Part shown: piece after piece, positions 47,208-59,989 of the stretch | Layout of the letters: the number at the start of each line of letters is the position of its first letter | Numbering within the stretch: position 1 is the first letter of the stretch | DNA from: Macrostomum lignano | Lineage: Eukaryota | Assembly (NCBI GenBank): GCA_002269645.1 | Contig: NIVC01000421.1 | Coordinates: 434,001 to 498,000 of the forward strand | DNA length: 64,000 bases | Direction of reading: 5' to 3' | Program-made: the position numbers and the translations under genes | Notes under the pieces: model-generated | What the model saw: the letters and a program-made list of their open reading frames with translations, nothing else | Database searches by the model: none | What the model was told of the DNA's origin: nothing

Positions 47208-50120
47208 TTGACTTACATGTAGCTGCAGGGTGGTCCGTATACAGCGAGGAGGCGAGGGTCGCCCATTCCGCTAGCCCCTGAAGGCCCTGCAGACAGACAG
47301 AGGCGTGGGGCCGGTCGTCAGGTTGATCCGCCTGTCCGTTCTGCAGCGTGATCTACCTTGGGGAAGAAACTGGCTCGTCTTGTCGCCCAGAGGAACTGGA
47401 TGAGCCGTGGGATGCTGTCGGGCTGGCAGACCTCTTCAATGGACGGGTTCGGTCTGAGGTAGCGTAGCCGGTCTCTGGAAAACAAAGGGCAATGACAAAC
47501 AAAGTGCTGAGCATTTTCATCGTCGTAAAAAGGTTAAAGTTCACTCTTGAGGTCTCCTCAGAGGAAGCAGTGTCTGGCGAGGTAGCCATGGCCCGTAAAG
47601 GTCATGACAAGGGCTCGAATATCCTTCCGATTTCGGAAAACCGATGGAACTCCTTTAGGTCGACTCGAAGGTTTCCCAATCAATGTTTCTGGCGTTCCGT
47701 CTCCACGTAAAACGATTTGCGCTACGCGCGGCCATCAGGTTGAAGGAGATAAACTTGTGATCGGAGAGTGAGGACGCTGAAAGCACCCGCCAGGCCCCAA
47801 TACTCTGGTAGAGCCTGGGTGTTGCCAGAGTGGCGTCGATCACCTCCGACCACCGTCCGCGTTGTCAAATGTAGGGGTGGACCCAGAGTTGCAAAACTCG
47901 AGGGTCGTAGCTCGAGGCAATGTAGGCTAGGAAGTCTTCGCCTCTCTGATTAATGCCCGTGCTGCCCCAGTGAGTATGGTGGGCATTTATGTCACCGGCA
48001 ACCATGAGCTCGTAGTTTTTGGCAGAGCAACGAGGGTTCTGGGGACGACAGCAGCAACACCTGGTAGGTAAACCGAGGCAATGAGGGTGGTCTTCCCAGG
48101 AAGGAGGTCCTCAGATTGGATAACGCAGATGTCCCTGTTAGACACCGGGAGGCTGATTGGCCCTGTGGGAGTAAGTATAGAAATAGTTGCAGCCGGAAGA
48201 GGCGTTCTGAGGCTTACCTCTGAGGGATCAGGGTTCCTCGACAAGGATGAGCCCCGGCATTTCGAGCTCGGCGTAACGCATAAGGTTGACCGAGGCTGCG
48301 ACGCAGCGCTGCAGGTTGATCTGCAGGCATCGGATATCCTAGCTGCTGAACATTAACACGCATTTGGGAAATCGTGGAGCAGGTCATCCTCCTCCTTTTC
48401 AGAGGTGGTTGGTCCGCAGACCTCCATGGGAGTTTCGGCGTCCTCGGCAGTTAGGGTGGCTGAGGAGTCCTCCTCGGGCGTGACACCAGCGTGGGCGTTA
48501 TCGTCGCCTCCCGTCACTACCCGTCCCCTCAGCCTCGTTGGTGGAGGTCGATGCGGATGACGCCAGCCTCCTGGTGAGTAGCGGGCTCGAATCAGTCGGT
48601 TAGCGCCTCCCCGCCGACAGCCTGACCTTCTGGCTGTTGGTAGAGCGCGAGAAGTGCGGACCCGCTCACGATACGCCTGGAGGCTCCTGGGCTGTCCAGC
48701 GCGCGCTGAATCAGACCGGACCTCCGGGTGCTCCTGGCAGGTCTGCGGTGCAAACTGCCTTACCGGGCTTGGGGTCAGCCGCTTGCCTCAGCTTCTTTGC
48801 TGGAGGAGCCTGGGCCCTAGTTCCGGTTTCTGAAGCCTCCTAGCATGCTTGGCTTCGTCAGCTTTCCGCTCCTCTCAACGGAGAATGGTCAGCTGAGTCA
48901 AACCAAGGTGGATCGTCGACTTAGGCGGCAAGTGCTTAGCCCAAGCGTCGGAGAGCCCTAGGATCACCGTGGCCCCCTTCTCCTAGCGGGAAGTGGTGTG
49001 GTGTAGGATCCCGTTGATCTCGAGGAGCTTTAGCAGGATCTGCCTAAGCTGATCTCCGGACTTAATAACACTGCCGGCCGGTATCCAGAAGCGAAAGCGC
49101 TGGGTCTTTTGTCGCTCGCCCTCGCTGGCAAAGACGAGCTTGCCGAGCTTCTTAGGCCAGTTCAGTTTCGGCAGAATCTCGCGTAGACTGCGGTTGCTCT
49201 CCTCCGAGTTGCACCAGATGAAGATACAGCCGTCGGTCTTGGCAGATTTGACCACGCTCACGGGACGGCCTTCCAGGAGCTGGTCAATGAGCTCAGCATC
49301 GACGGTGCGCCAGGTACTGTCGAGTTCATCGGCAGTGAGGTCTTGCTCCTCCCCGAAGACGATGATCGCCAGTTGGAACTTGACCTTTGAGGCGTAGTTA
49401 GTGGCGGCGGTTCCCGAAGGCCCGGCCGCGCTAATGGCAGGTTTGCTGGGTGGCATAACAGCAAAGGTTTTTACCTGGGGGGCAGGGGTCTCTGTGGTTC
49501 CTTAAGGCCCGACAGCAGCCTCGTCCTCCGAGGTTCTCCCTCCGCAGGTGGCCGGCCCGCAGCTTCCCTGTTCCGTTGTCGCCGTCGCCGCTCATTGCGG
49601 CTTTGGTTAAGAGCACGTCGGGCCTCCGCGGAGGGCCCGGGTGCGCGTGCGGGCTTGTTGCCAGACGAGCCGGCGTTGAGCCCAGCCCAACTGTCCCCGG
49701 TGGGGTGGCGCTGGCGCCAGAATCACCGGAAGGAGTGAGCAGAGTCACAAAAGGAAGGAAAAAATGAGAAAAGGACCGCTAGCGACCAGATTACTGCCCG
49801 GCCTTCCAGCCCCATCGGCGCGGTCAGAGGGTAAATGTACGTTAAGCACCGCGGCCTGCAGGCTGGCGAGCCAGACCAGCATACCTAAGTTCGGCCAAAG
49901 CCACTGGATATATATACATGGGTACCCAGCGTCGGAGTCCATGTCTGTCAAGCAGCCCTAGGGTCTGCCTTGAACAAACGCCCTGGTACCGCTGGGTCGA
50001 CTTGCGAGACAGCGTGGGGAGGGGGGTCTGCGGCTGCCAGCGGCAAATAGAGGGTGCAGACCTCCCACCAGCTTTAACCTGCTGCTGAAGATAGGGGCAG
50101 GCGTGAAGCATCGCAGACCT
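47208..50120 (-). mobile_element. Internally deleted APE-type non-LTR retrotransposon (R1/LOA-like): ORF1 and endonuclease, RT missing
   Basis: A disrupted ORF1 at ~49760-48900 (NYASKVK...DGCIFIWC...FRFWIP). APE motifs at ~48345-47660: RCLQINLQRC, LILVEEP, LIASVYLP, DINAHHTHWGS, IDATL, SLSDHKFI, RNARNIDW. It then jumps to a C-terminus-like stretch (KEFHRFSEIGRIFEPLS*) and a 3' UTR ending ...ccctgcagctacatgtaagtcaa. The 5' boundary is approximate and the clade call is tentative. Confidence 0.78.
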
Positions 50121-51303
50121 TATAGCCCATAGTCCCAGTCTGTCTCATACTTCACTGGCATGCTGAATGCGCCTTTGCGTGTTAATCTATGTAAATAAAT
50201 GAATCATGCATGTACACATGCCACATGCAGATCGTAAAAAACAGTACTGAGTATACTTCAACATACGTGAAACTAATAATGCATGGCAGAAAATAGTGTA
50301 TTTAATTATGTGTAATACTTTTACTGATCAAATTGTGCATGTACATGCCTATTTCCGCCTGCCAGCAGAAAAACAGCGTCATCATGCGCGTTGCCACCTG
50401 TGGGGGGGAATGGGGGGGCAAATTCCCCCCCCCCAGTAAAAGCTCTGGGGGGGACATGCCAATACTTTGTCCCCCCACCCCACCTGAGTCGTGCAATCAT
50501 AATAACTTTTCTTGAGGGCGCCAAAATAAAGCGCCTTCGGCGCCAAAATGAGTGCCTGCGGCGCTAAAATGAGTGCCTGCTGCGCTAAAAGGAATGCCTG
50601 CGGCAATAAAAGGAATGCCTGCGGCGCAAAAATGAGTGACTGCGGCGCCTAAATGAGTGCCAAAATTTAGTCTTGTACATGTACATTTTGAATTTTTGGC
50701 TTTGTCCCCCTCACCATAAAATCCATGGCGACGCCCCTGAGAGTCATTTTAATTACATGCTACATATGCACATCCAAATTACAAAGTACCTCAAGCAGGC
50801 CATCCAGCTGAAAATCCGTAGCTCGCTTCTCCCACAAAAGTTTTTTTGGCTTTTAAAATAAATAGCAGTACGGTGGAGAATATGAAACTTGGAGGGACGC
50901 CTTGTTTCCTGAATCATTATATCTATTTTTAATTCATGTTCTATTTCGGAAAATGAAAGTGGGCAAATTTAGCACAAAGTAAATGTAACCAGTATTGAGC
51001 AGAGTGCTTAAACTGCAATTAAATCCGTGCAAAATGTATTTTATAATATTAAGTAAAGCACTGTTAACAAAGAATAAAACAAACAGTGGTAGTTTTAAAA
51101 ACCTTTGCTTCTTTGTTATAAACTTTGGTATAAAAAGTTACTTTTTAACGTACATTACGTATTTCCTAGATAAATATAGATTTCTCGTCAAATTTTCAAT
51201 CACAACTTTGCTTTCTTGTTGGAAAATTTTAGTTTAACAGGCGTATCGTGGTATTGTAAGATAATTTTTATTACAAGCAATAACGTTCTTGGCAAACTTC
51301 AGT

Positions 51304-54300
51304 ATGGCTGATGAAGTTGGTGATGTTGAAAAGGTAGGCACATATTTTCAAGCGTCACTTGCTTTAGTAGGGCTATATGCCATATGGTATTTTATTTATG
51401 CAACTTCCTTATACCTATATAAACTAAATAGGTATAGACACAAGCCTATCAAATAATTTTCACAGTACACAGTACAGCAGGCCTAGGCTAGGACTAGCAA
51501 CCCCTATTCTGGGTTTTTTCACTGGCACTAGGATGCAAAATCGCATCAAAGGTCCAAGTTCAAGATGAATTTGGAAAATCAAGATGTTGTATACTGAGTT
51601 TTTTGGGCCATACGGGGTTTTTTGGCCCATTGAAAATCTCATTGGCAACTGGATTTTTGGCATCAGAGGCCAATTTGGCAACTTTATTTTCCCCATGCAA
51701 GTTGCCAATTTCATAAAATGATTTTGTAAATATCATAAAAGGCAGTTGTTATTTGTCCAGTGACCCCAGGTTGCGGATGGTATGCATGTACGCCGGAACT
51801 TTTCCGGCGTACAAAACGGCCACCCTCAGTCCTTGGCGTACACAATCGGCGTACACAACCCCTGGCGCACTTTGTTGGCGTACACTATTGGCGTACACAA
51901 GTAACACAGCCACGCATACTTTTTTGGCGTACAAATTTTGGTGAATGAATTCATGCCGTGCATGAAAATTGTAATGTAAATTAATGTTTTTACGTAAAGT
52001 AAAGGAAAATTTATATCATCAGTAATAAACTTTTTGCTTATTTTAAGTTAAAAAAATAAAATTAGTGTAAAATTTTGCTGAAAGTATTAACTTTGCATGA
52101 TATTTTTTGTAGGTGTTATTTAAGTTTGTTTAAACTGACAATATTCGTAATATTTTAAAGACACTTTTCATACGAAAGCCTTTCCTAGAAAACTCTACTC
52201 GTGAAAACCGAATGACCCTTTTTTTAGGAATTTTTGGTGTACATTTTAGTGCAACCTTTTGTTTTTGGCGTACACTGGCGTCCAAAGTCCTTGACGCCCA
52301 AATTTTTTCCGGCGTACACGGGTACATGATCCACACACTGGCAGTGACCGGACAAATAGCGATGTGGTTATTTGTCCGGTTACTGGATCCTGACCATGCT
52401 TTCCTATTTATCCGGTTAATACCGGACAAATAGACATTTTGTTATTTGTCCAGTTAAATTAACAATGCTAAAATATCTAGTTTATAAAAACCACAAGGGT
52501 AAATATTCCTAGACTTCAAAGACTTCTTACTCGTGTCTTGATTATTATATTGTTATACTAGTGTGTGTCTTATACACCAAATTATACCGAATTGAATACA
52601 TTGGCTCACTGCTTTGCTTATACTAGGGTTTTTTATGCGCAGAGTGTGCGTATGCACCCTAAATTTTAAAATTGCACCCTGAAATTAAAAAAGTAGGTGC
52701 GGTTTAGGTCCTGATTGCAGCGCATGGGTATTTTGGCGGACGGCGTCTGGCGCAGATCAGCCTGCGCGGCGCAGCATTGGTGGTGGACCAGGGGTAAGTC
52801 GCAAAAATGCCACCCCATAGAATACAGGCGTAGTACTAATTAGATGCTGAGGCATTTAGGTTCGATAAGACAGTCATAGTTACTCCTGCCGTTTACCCAA
52901 AACTGCGTTAATTTTGCTTTAGGGTTTCTTTCACAGGTAAGTCATTTCACAGCGTGGCGCAGGTTGTGTAGGCGTCTGGCATACTTAAGCCATGCGCTGC
53001 AATAGGGGTTTAGGTGCAGTCTTATAACCATTTTTCTTTAAAGGCTTAACCATGCTTAAGCTATTTTTCATGCACTGCCTTAAAATATGAAACAAAATAA
53101 CTCTTTAAATCCTATTAAGTCATATAGGCGATTTGGCTATGGCTATAGCCTTATATAAGATATTAAAATATACATTCCCAGTTGTCTAAAACAAGACTCA
53201 AGAGAAATTGCACTCTGAGCCTTAAAATTGCACCTTGAAATTTGGCATAAAGTGCGATTTTGCACCTTGTCTCTGGCGAAAAAAACCCCAGGCTTAGAGG
53301 TCGGACGGGATTGAAATCTTCGGGCGGGATTGGGATCGGGAATAATTTTTTTCTTGGGATCGGGATCGGGATCGGGATTTCGGGAATCAGGATCAGGTCT
53401 TTTAGTGTATTGTCATGTAAAGTTAAACAAAATTGAGAAAAGATTGTCAAGATCAAGAAGTAAAACACAACAAAATTGATATGAAGTTTTGTAACCAACA
53501 AAGTAAATAATGTAACAAGTACAAGTTAAAGCAAAATACCTTCAAGTAATCACTAATTCTATAAATTATTTAATCAAAAGACCTGTTCTTGAATCTCAAG
53601 TTTTTTAGGGTCGGGATTCTTGTCCCGCGGGAATTCAATTTTCCTCGGGATCCCGAGATTTTGGGATCCCGTCCGACCTCTACAGGCTTACACTCAAGTA
53701 ATACAAGAAAATATTAATCAGTATACGAGAAAAGGTCTTAAAAATCTAGAATATTCATCACGAAACAAATAAGATATTTGTGTTAGCAATTTAACTAGAC
53801 AAATAGCAAAAAGGCTATTCATCCGGTTACCGGACAAATAACAACTGCCATAATAAAAGTGCCATACAATTATGAATCAGTATGATGGAATTGTTAGTTT
53901 GTTATTGTTTGCAGCAAAGATAGCTATCTTAGAGCTAAGAGAACAAATTTCTGCTTTTTAAACATAGCCTTGGAAATATCCATCCCTGAGAATTTGGCTA
54001 GTTGCTAATGAGCCACAATTCGGATCGTGTAATAGTGTACGCCGGAACAAGAATCCTATCTTAGCTAAATGTAGACCAGTGTACGCCAAAAAACAAAAAA
54101 ATTCCCTAAAATGTACGCCAAAAATTCCTCCTAAAAAGGTCATTCAGTTTTCACAATTAGAGTTTTCTAAGAAAGGCTTTCGTATGAAAAGTCTTTCAAA
54201 TATTACAAATATTTTCATTTTAAACAAACTTAAATTGAAGGTACAGAAAAAAGCATGCAAAATTTACGTTCTTAGCAATAATTTACACAAGTTTTATTTA

Positions 54301-57300
54301 TTGTTAATTTTATTAAAAAAGCAAAAAGTTTATTACTGACTTTCTAGACTATGCAAATTCTTCTTTATTTTACGTAAAAACAAAAAAGGGTTAATTTACA
54401 TTACAATTTTTATACACCTTATTATTAGAATTTATTCACCAAAATTGGTACTCCAAAAATTTCTTGAGCTCAAAGTGGTATGCCAAAATAGCCAAACTTT
54501 TCAATGGTTCGCCGGAAAATTCCGGCTTACATGTAGGCCTAACCTTCCTGAGTATGGCCAATGGGCAACCAAAAATAGCCATTGGCAATTAGATTTTGAG
54601 CCCTAAGGCCAGACTCCGGATAGTATACATGTACGCCAGAATTTTCTAGCATACAGAGGGACCTAGATTAAACCTTTGGTGTACAACTTGGCATACAAAG
54701 GGGCCTTGTATGCCTTTTTGGCATATAGCTTGGCGTATAGAGATTGCCGAGACCAACAGGTGGGACCAAAAGTTCCAGGTCCCAACAATCAATCTACACA
54801 ATTAGCATACAAAAATGATTAAGTTTGCATTTGGTGCAGTCTCTATGTACATAGTTATAGTAACTAAATTTTGATCAGAAAGAATAGCTGGCCCTTTACG
54901 AAAAAAACAGAAAACTAAATTTAAAAAACTGGGTTTAACTTTTCTAAGAAATTAAAAGTAAAACAATAATAGTTAAAATGAACTAGTTCTCTACACTTTA
55001 GTAAAAACTAAATGTATATAATCTAAAAAGTTTAACTTTGTAATGCTTCAATTCAATTCAAACCCTAATTTTTTTATTATCTGATCTCTATTTAGTATTT
55101 TGGATATGTATTCCAAAAAGACTGTATATAAATGTAATATATAAAAAATTTACTTTAAATTGTATAATAATCTAAAAAATACATGTAGAACCTTTTATTG
55201 TTGATCTTATATTTAGCCTTCAAACATGCATATAAATTGGCATGTATAAAGCATACTTGTACAATATTTTATTCAGTGTTGTGTTATTAGCATCCTCCTT
55301 TGAATTGAATACCTGTTTAGTTAAATATTTTCAACAATCTTTTAGGGCAAGATTGCTGCTAACTTTCTGCTCCACTCGCCTCCTGGAGAGTCTACTGAGG
55401 TTTGGCAAGGTGAGTTTTGCTAAACAAAAATAATTTTAGACATTTTATTCCGATTCTATATATAGTACTTAAGACTCACTATGTTCCCTCCCTCAGATTT
55501 GAAAGTACTATTAGATGACGAGCAGATTGTCCGCAGTAAACTGCTACCTGCGCTGATCAAGTATAACAAAGACCAGCTCACTCCAGTTTCGGTTGAGAAC
55601 AGCAAGTTGCGCTGCTTGGTGACGCAGTATAATGACCTCGGGGGCGGCCGTTTTGCCGACCACCGCACCCAGCAGAGCTTCAAGTTCGATCATCTGAAGC
55701 GAGAGGCTACCGATTTTCAGGTATTCAACTAATATCCTTGAAGCAGCTAAATCATGAAGTCATGGAAACTAGTCCTGAATTCATGGAATCTGTAGTCCCT
55801 GAAGTCATGGAATCTGTAGTCCCTGAAGGCATGGAAACTGTAGTCCCTGAAGTCATGGAATCTGTAGTCCCTGAAGTCATGAAATCTGTAGTCCCTGAAG
55901 TCATGGAAACTGTAGTCCCTGAAGTCATGGAAACTGTAGTCATGGAATCTGTAGTCCCTGAAGGCATGGAAACTGTAGTCATGGAATCTGTAGTCCCTGA
56001 AGGCATGGAAACTGTAGTCCCTGAAGTCATGGAATCTGTAGTCCCTGAAGTCATGGAATCTGTAGTCCCTGAAGGCATGGAATCTGTAGTCCCTGAAGGC
56101 ATGGAAACTGTAGTCATGGAATCTGTAGTCCCTGAAGGCATGGAAACTGTAGTCCCTGAAGTCATGGAATCTGTAGTCCCTGAAGTCATGGAATCTGTAG
56201 TCCCTGAAGGCATGGAATCTGTAGTCCCTGAAGGCATGGAATCTGTAGTCCCTGAAGTCATGGAATCTGTAGTCCCTGAAGTCATGGAAACTGTAGTCCC
56301 TGAAGTCATGGAAACTGTAGTCCCTGAAGTCATGGAATCTGTAGTCCCTGAAGTCATGGAAACTAGACAAACAAATTTAAATTAACAATTCTCATCTGCC
56401 CAGGAGCTGACACTCCCAGACGATGTCTTGGCCCTGACGAAGCCTCTGGACGACGAGATCAGCAAGTACGTCGAAGACCAGTTTCAACGCGGCAGCAGCT
56501 CCATTTTTGGCAAAAAGTCCCCTGACACTGGCGACATCGAGCTGACTATCTGCATTGAGGCGCATCATTTTAAGTCGAAGAATTTCCAGAACGGCCGCTG
56601 GCGCAGCATCTGGTCCTGCACCGTGCCCAGCGGCGGCCTGGCTGGGGAGAAGACTGTCTCCTGGACTGGAAAAATTAAGGTTCAGGTGAGCTTGCCAGTG
56701 TGGGCCACCTGCTTGAACTGGATGCTAGCGTCCTCTGCAGTGCTAGCCGTCCCTTCTCTCCTACTCTCCCTACTCCCTCTCCCTCTCCCTTCGCTCCCCT
56801 CCCTCTCCCTTCGTACCCTCTCCCTCTCTCTTCTCTCCCTCTCTCTTCTCTCCCTCTCACTTTTCTCCCTTCCTCTTCTCTCCCTCTCCTTTATCACTCT
56901 CACTCCTCTCCCTCCCTCTTCTCTCCCTTCTCTTCTCCGCCTCCCTCTTCTCTCCCTCCATCTTCTCTCCCTTCTCTTCTCTCCCTCTCATATCTCTTAA
57001 TTTCCTCGATCTCAATCTCCCTCTCGCCTCCATTCTCCCCATGCGCCCCTCTTTATTCTCACTGTTGTACTCCAAGTTAACGTTGAACTGTATTTTCATT
57101 TAATATGTCTACTATTAGTAGACAGAGTCTAAATTCTAATCATTTTTTTTATCCTGAGCGTATTATAAAATAAAAATCAGCACAAATATATTTTAACAAA
57201 ACCTCACTCACCAGGTGCATCATTTCGACGACGGCAATGTGCAGTTGCTGTCCACCAAATCTCTGGAGCTGGCCTGCCCTGGCGGTCGGGAGGCCGGCTT

Positions 57301-58793
57301 TGCTGCCGACGTTGCTAGGAAGATTCAGGAGGCCGAGACAGCCTATCAGGTTGGCGATCTGCTTTTTGGGAATTGGGAAGATTGTCTCTTATTAGGATTT
57401 GGGGAAGATTGTCTTATTGGGATTTGGGGAAGATTGTCTTATTGGAATTTGGGGGAGATTGTCTTATTGGGATTTGGGGAGGATAGTCTCTTATTGGAAT
57501 TTGGGGGAGATTGTCTTATTGGGATTTGGGGAGGATAGTCTCTTATTGGGATTTGGGGGAGATTGTCTTATTGGGATTTGGGGAGGATAGTCTCTTATTG
57601 GAATTTGGGGGAGATTGTCTTATTGGGATTTGGGGAGGATAGTCTCTTATTGGAATTTGGGGGAGATTGTCTTATTGGGATTTGGGGAGGATAGTCTCTT
57701 ATTGGGATTTGGGGGAGATTGTCTTATTGGGATTTGGGGAGGATAGTCTCTTATTGGGATTTGGGGGAGATTGTCTTATTGGGATTTAGGGAGGATAGTC
57801 TCTTATTGGAATTTGGGGGAGATTGTCTTATTGGGATTTGGGGAGGATAGTCTCTTATTGGAATTTGGGGGAGATTGTCTTATTGGGATTTGGGGAAGAT
57901 TGTCTTATTGGGATTTGGGGAAGATTGTCTTATTGGGATTTGGGGAAGATTGTCTTATTGGGATTTGGGGAAGATTGTCTTATTGGGATTTGGGGAAGAT
58001 TGTCTTATTGGGATTTGGGGAAGATTGTCTTATTGGGATTTGGGGAAGATTGTCTTATTGGGATTTGGGGAAGATTGTCTCTTATTGGGATTTGGGAAGA
58101 TTGTCTTTTTAGGATTAGGGGAAGATTGTCTTACTGGGATTTGGGGAAGATTGTCTCTTATTGGGATTTGGGAAGATTGTCTTTTTAGGATTAGGGGAAG
58201 ATTGTCTTACTGGGATTTGGGGAAGATTGTCTCTTATTGGGATTTGGGAAAGATTGTCTTATGGGGATTTGGGGAAGATTGTCTCTTTTTTGGATTTGGG
58301 TAATATTTTCCAAGATTTTTAGTTCCAAATATGGCATGTACTTAGATGCCTGTCGTGACACAGCTATCAATAACACACTATGAATCATAGCATCCCGGGC
58401 ATCCCAACAACTGCGCGAGTGCATGCTTGGTTATTTATAAAAGTGCAAAGCAGTGCAAAGGCAGTTTAGCTAGTTTATCAGTGCGTTCTACAGAAGCTCC
58501 CGCATTTTGTTCCCACTAGCTCGGGGGAGGGGGATGGGGCCGCGGTAGAGGATTTCGCAAGAAGCACTTGGGCCTTAGGGAGTGATTTCTGCTTGTGTGG
58601 CGGTTCTTTGCCGGTAAATTATTAGCACACTTATGCCAACTCTGTCTCTTCTTTGCTGCGGTTCTGTATCATTCGGTTTGCCTCGGTAGCGGCTGGGCCA
58701 GTCTTATTATTATTATTCCGACTCGTGTTATTGCTATTGCTATTGATTGGGCGGCTTCAAAATTGCTTTGAAACTGCTTTTTACGTTTACTGA

Positions 58794-58844
<51 letters not shown>

Positions 58845-58852
58845 CGCAAGCT

Positions 58853-58916
<64 letters not shown>

Positions 58917-58923
58917 TACAGGC

Positions 58924-58968
<45 letters not shown>

Positions 58969-58993
58969 AAGACAGACAAAAAGACAGACAAAA

Positions 58994-59024
<31 letters not shown>

Positions 59025-59037
59025 AAGACAGACACAC

Positions 59038-59078
<41 letters not shown>

Positions 59079-59081
59079 CAC

Positions 59082-59122
<41 letters not shown>

Positions 59123-59141
59123 CACAGACAGACAGACACAC

Positions 59142-59192
<51 letters not shown>

Positions 59193-59205
59193 AAGACAGA
59201 CACAC

Positions 59206-59246
<41 letters not shown>

Positions 59247-59425
59247 GTAACAGCAGCCCGCTGCCACCGCAGGAGGGCCTGAAGGGCGTGTTCTTCAACA
59301 TGAGCGGCCACGTCAAAGGCTTCCGCCGTCCCCTGCCCGTGTTCGGCGAGAAAATCCCCTGGGAGCGGCTGACGTCTTTGAAGATTGGGGAATCGCTTCA
59401 GCACCTGCAGGACGAAAACAATTGA
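51304..59425 (+). CDS. CAPZA: F-actin capping protein alpha subunit, divergent, 6 exons, about 295 aa
   Basis: Exons 51304-51333, 55346-55409, 55497-55720, 56404-56685, 57215-57349, 59273-59425 join in frame. Motifs: [74 protein letters not shown]...KIPW. Confidence 0.9.
51766..52341. mobile_element. MITE X inserted in the left TIR of the MULE-like element
   Basis: CCAG...CTGG ends, perfect 8-bp TSD cagtgacc (51758-51765, 52342-52349), subterminal gtacgcc/ggcgtac repeats. Removing it restores the host TIR. Confidence 0.8.
52624..53291. mobile_element. Putative hAT-like MITE Z
   Basis: Ends tagggttttttatgcgcagag / ctctggcgaaaaaaaccccag. Flanks gcttatac / gcttacac appear once element Y is removed. 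Confidence 0.55.
53295..53682. mobile_element. MITE Y with gggatc subterminal repeats
   Basis: Perfect TIR tagaggtcggacgggat / atcccgtccgacctcta. Direct repeat caggct(ta) lies on both sides. Confidence 0.8.
54015..54550. mobile_element. Second, diverged, inverted copy of MITE X
   Basis: Reverse-complement similarity to 51766-52341 (e.g. ttttcatacgaaagcctttcctagaaaactct vs agagttttctaagaaaggctttcgtatgaaaa). Confidence 0.75.
55745..56365. repeat. 24-bp minisatellite (gaagtcatggaatctgtagtccct) in CAPZA intron 3
   Basis: Direct reading. Confidence 0.93.
56750..57040. repeat. CT-rich low-complexity tract in CAPZA intron 4
   Basis: Direct reading. Confidence 0.85.
57365..58305. repeat. 25/27-bp minisatellite (ttattgggatttggggaagattgtc) in CAPZA intron 5
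   Basis: Direct reading. Confidence 0.93.
58795..59247. repeat. (GACA)n microsatellite just upstream of the last CAPZA exon
   Basis: Direct reading. Confidence 0.95.
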
Positions 59426-59989
59426 TTGAGGAGAATGCGATCAATATCTGCTGAGTTCGTTAATAATATTTAATAAACTGTTCTAAATGTAACCAAGAAT
59501 TATTATTGATTTTATTGCGGCAAATCCCTGCCTCTCATCCTGCAGGATGACGGGTTTAAAAATAAATTCCGAATTTTATTTCGACTTGTTGCCTGTTACA
59601 ATAAATAGTGTATATATTATAAATTTATAACTGTTACTACTGTTGCTAATCCGTTATCGGTGATTAACGCTAAGTATGTTTTACGGAATTGCAGCGATTT
59701 GGCATTCCGGTAAACTTGCTTATTTTCAATCTTATTATTATCATTCTTCCTGTCGGGTGGTTTGTCTGTTTAAATAGTTCATAATTTTGTTTTCATAAAT
59801 TGTCTCTGCTACAATATTGACTTCTGATTTGAGTAAGTGTGCGCTGCGCTTTAGTTAATAGAAAAAAATCTTTTGTAACTGCCAGGTTTTATAATCGTTT
59901 GGCGATGAGAAGTAAAAAGCTAAAAAATCGACATCAAAATCGATATTCCTATGCAGAGTTTCAGGATAGTGAGCTTGTGGTGCTCTAGT

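Larger units (their letters stand above)
51741..53849. mobile_element. MULE-like non-autonomous element (long TIRs, 9-bp TSD) hosting nested MITEs
   Basis: TIR ggcagttgttatttgtcc / ggacaaataacaactgcc. Flanks atcataaaa (51732-51740) and ataataaaa (53850-53858) match at 8 of 9 positions. Confidence 0.75.

Noticed and set aside
50390-50740. GC-rich segment with gcctgcggcgc repeats ending catggcgacgcccctg
   Set aside because: It looks like one end of a DNA transposon, but no partner TIR or TSD was found, so it was not called.
55738-56385. 215-aa EVMESVVP-repeat ORF as a CAPZA exon or separate gene
   Set aside because: It lies wholly in intron 3. Exons 3 and 4 join in frame without it, and retention hits a stop (gta ttc aac taa) immediately.
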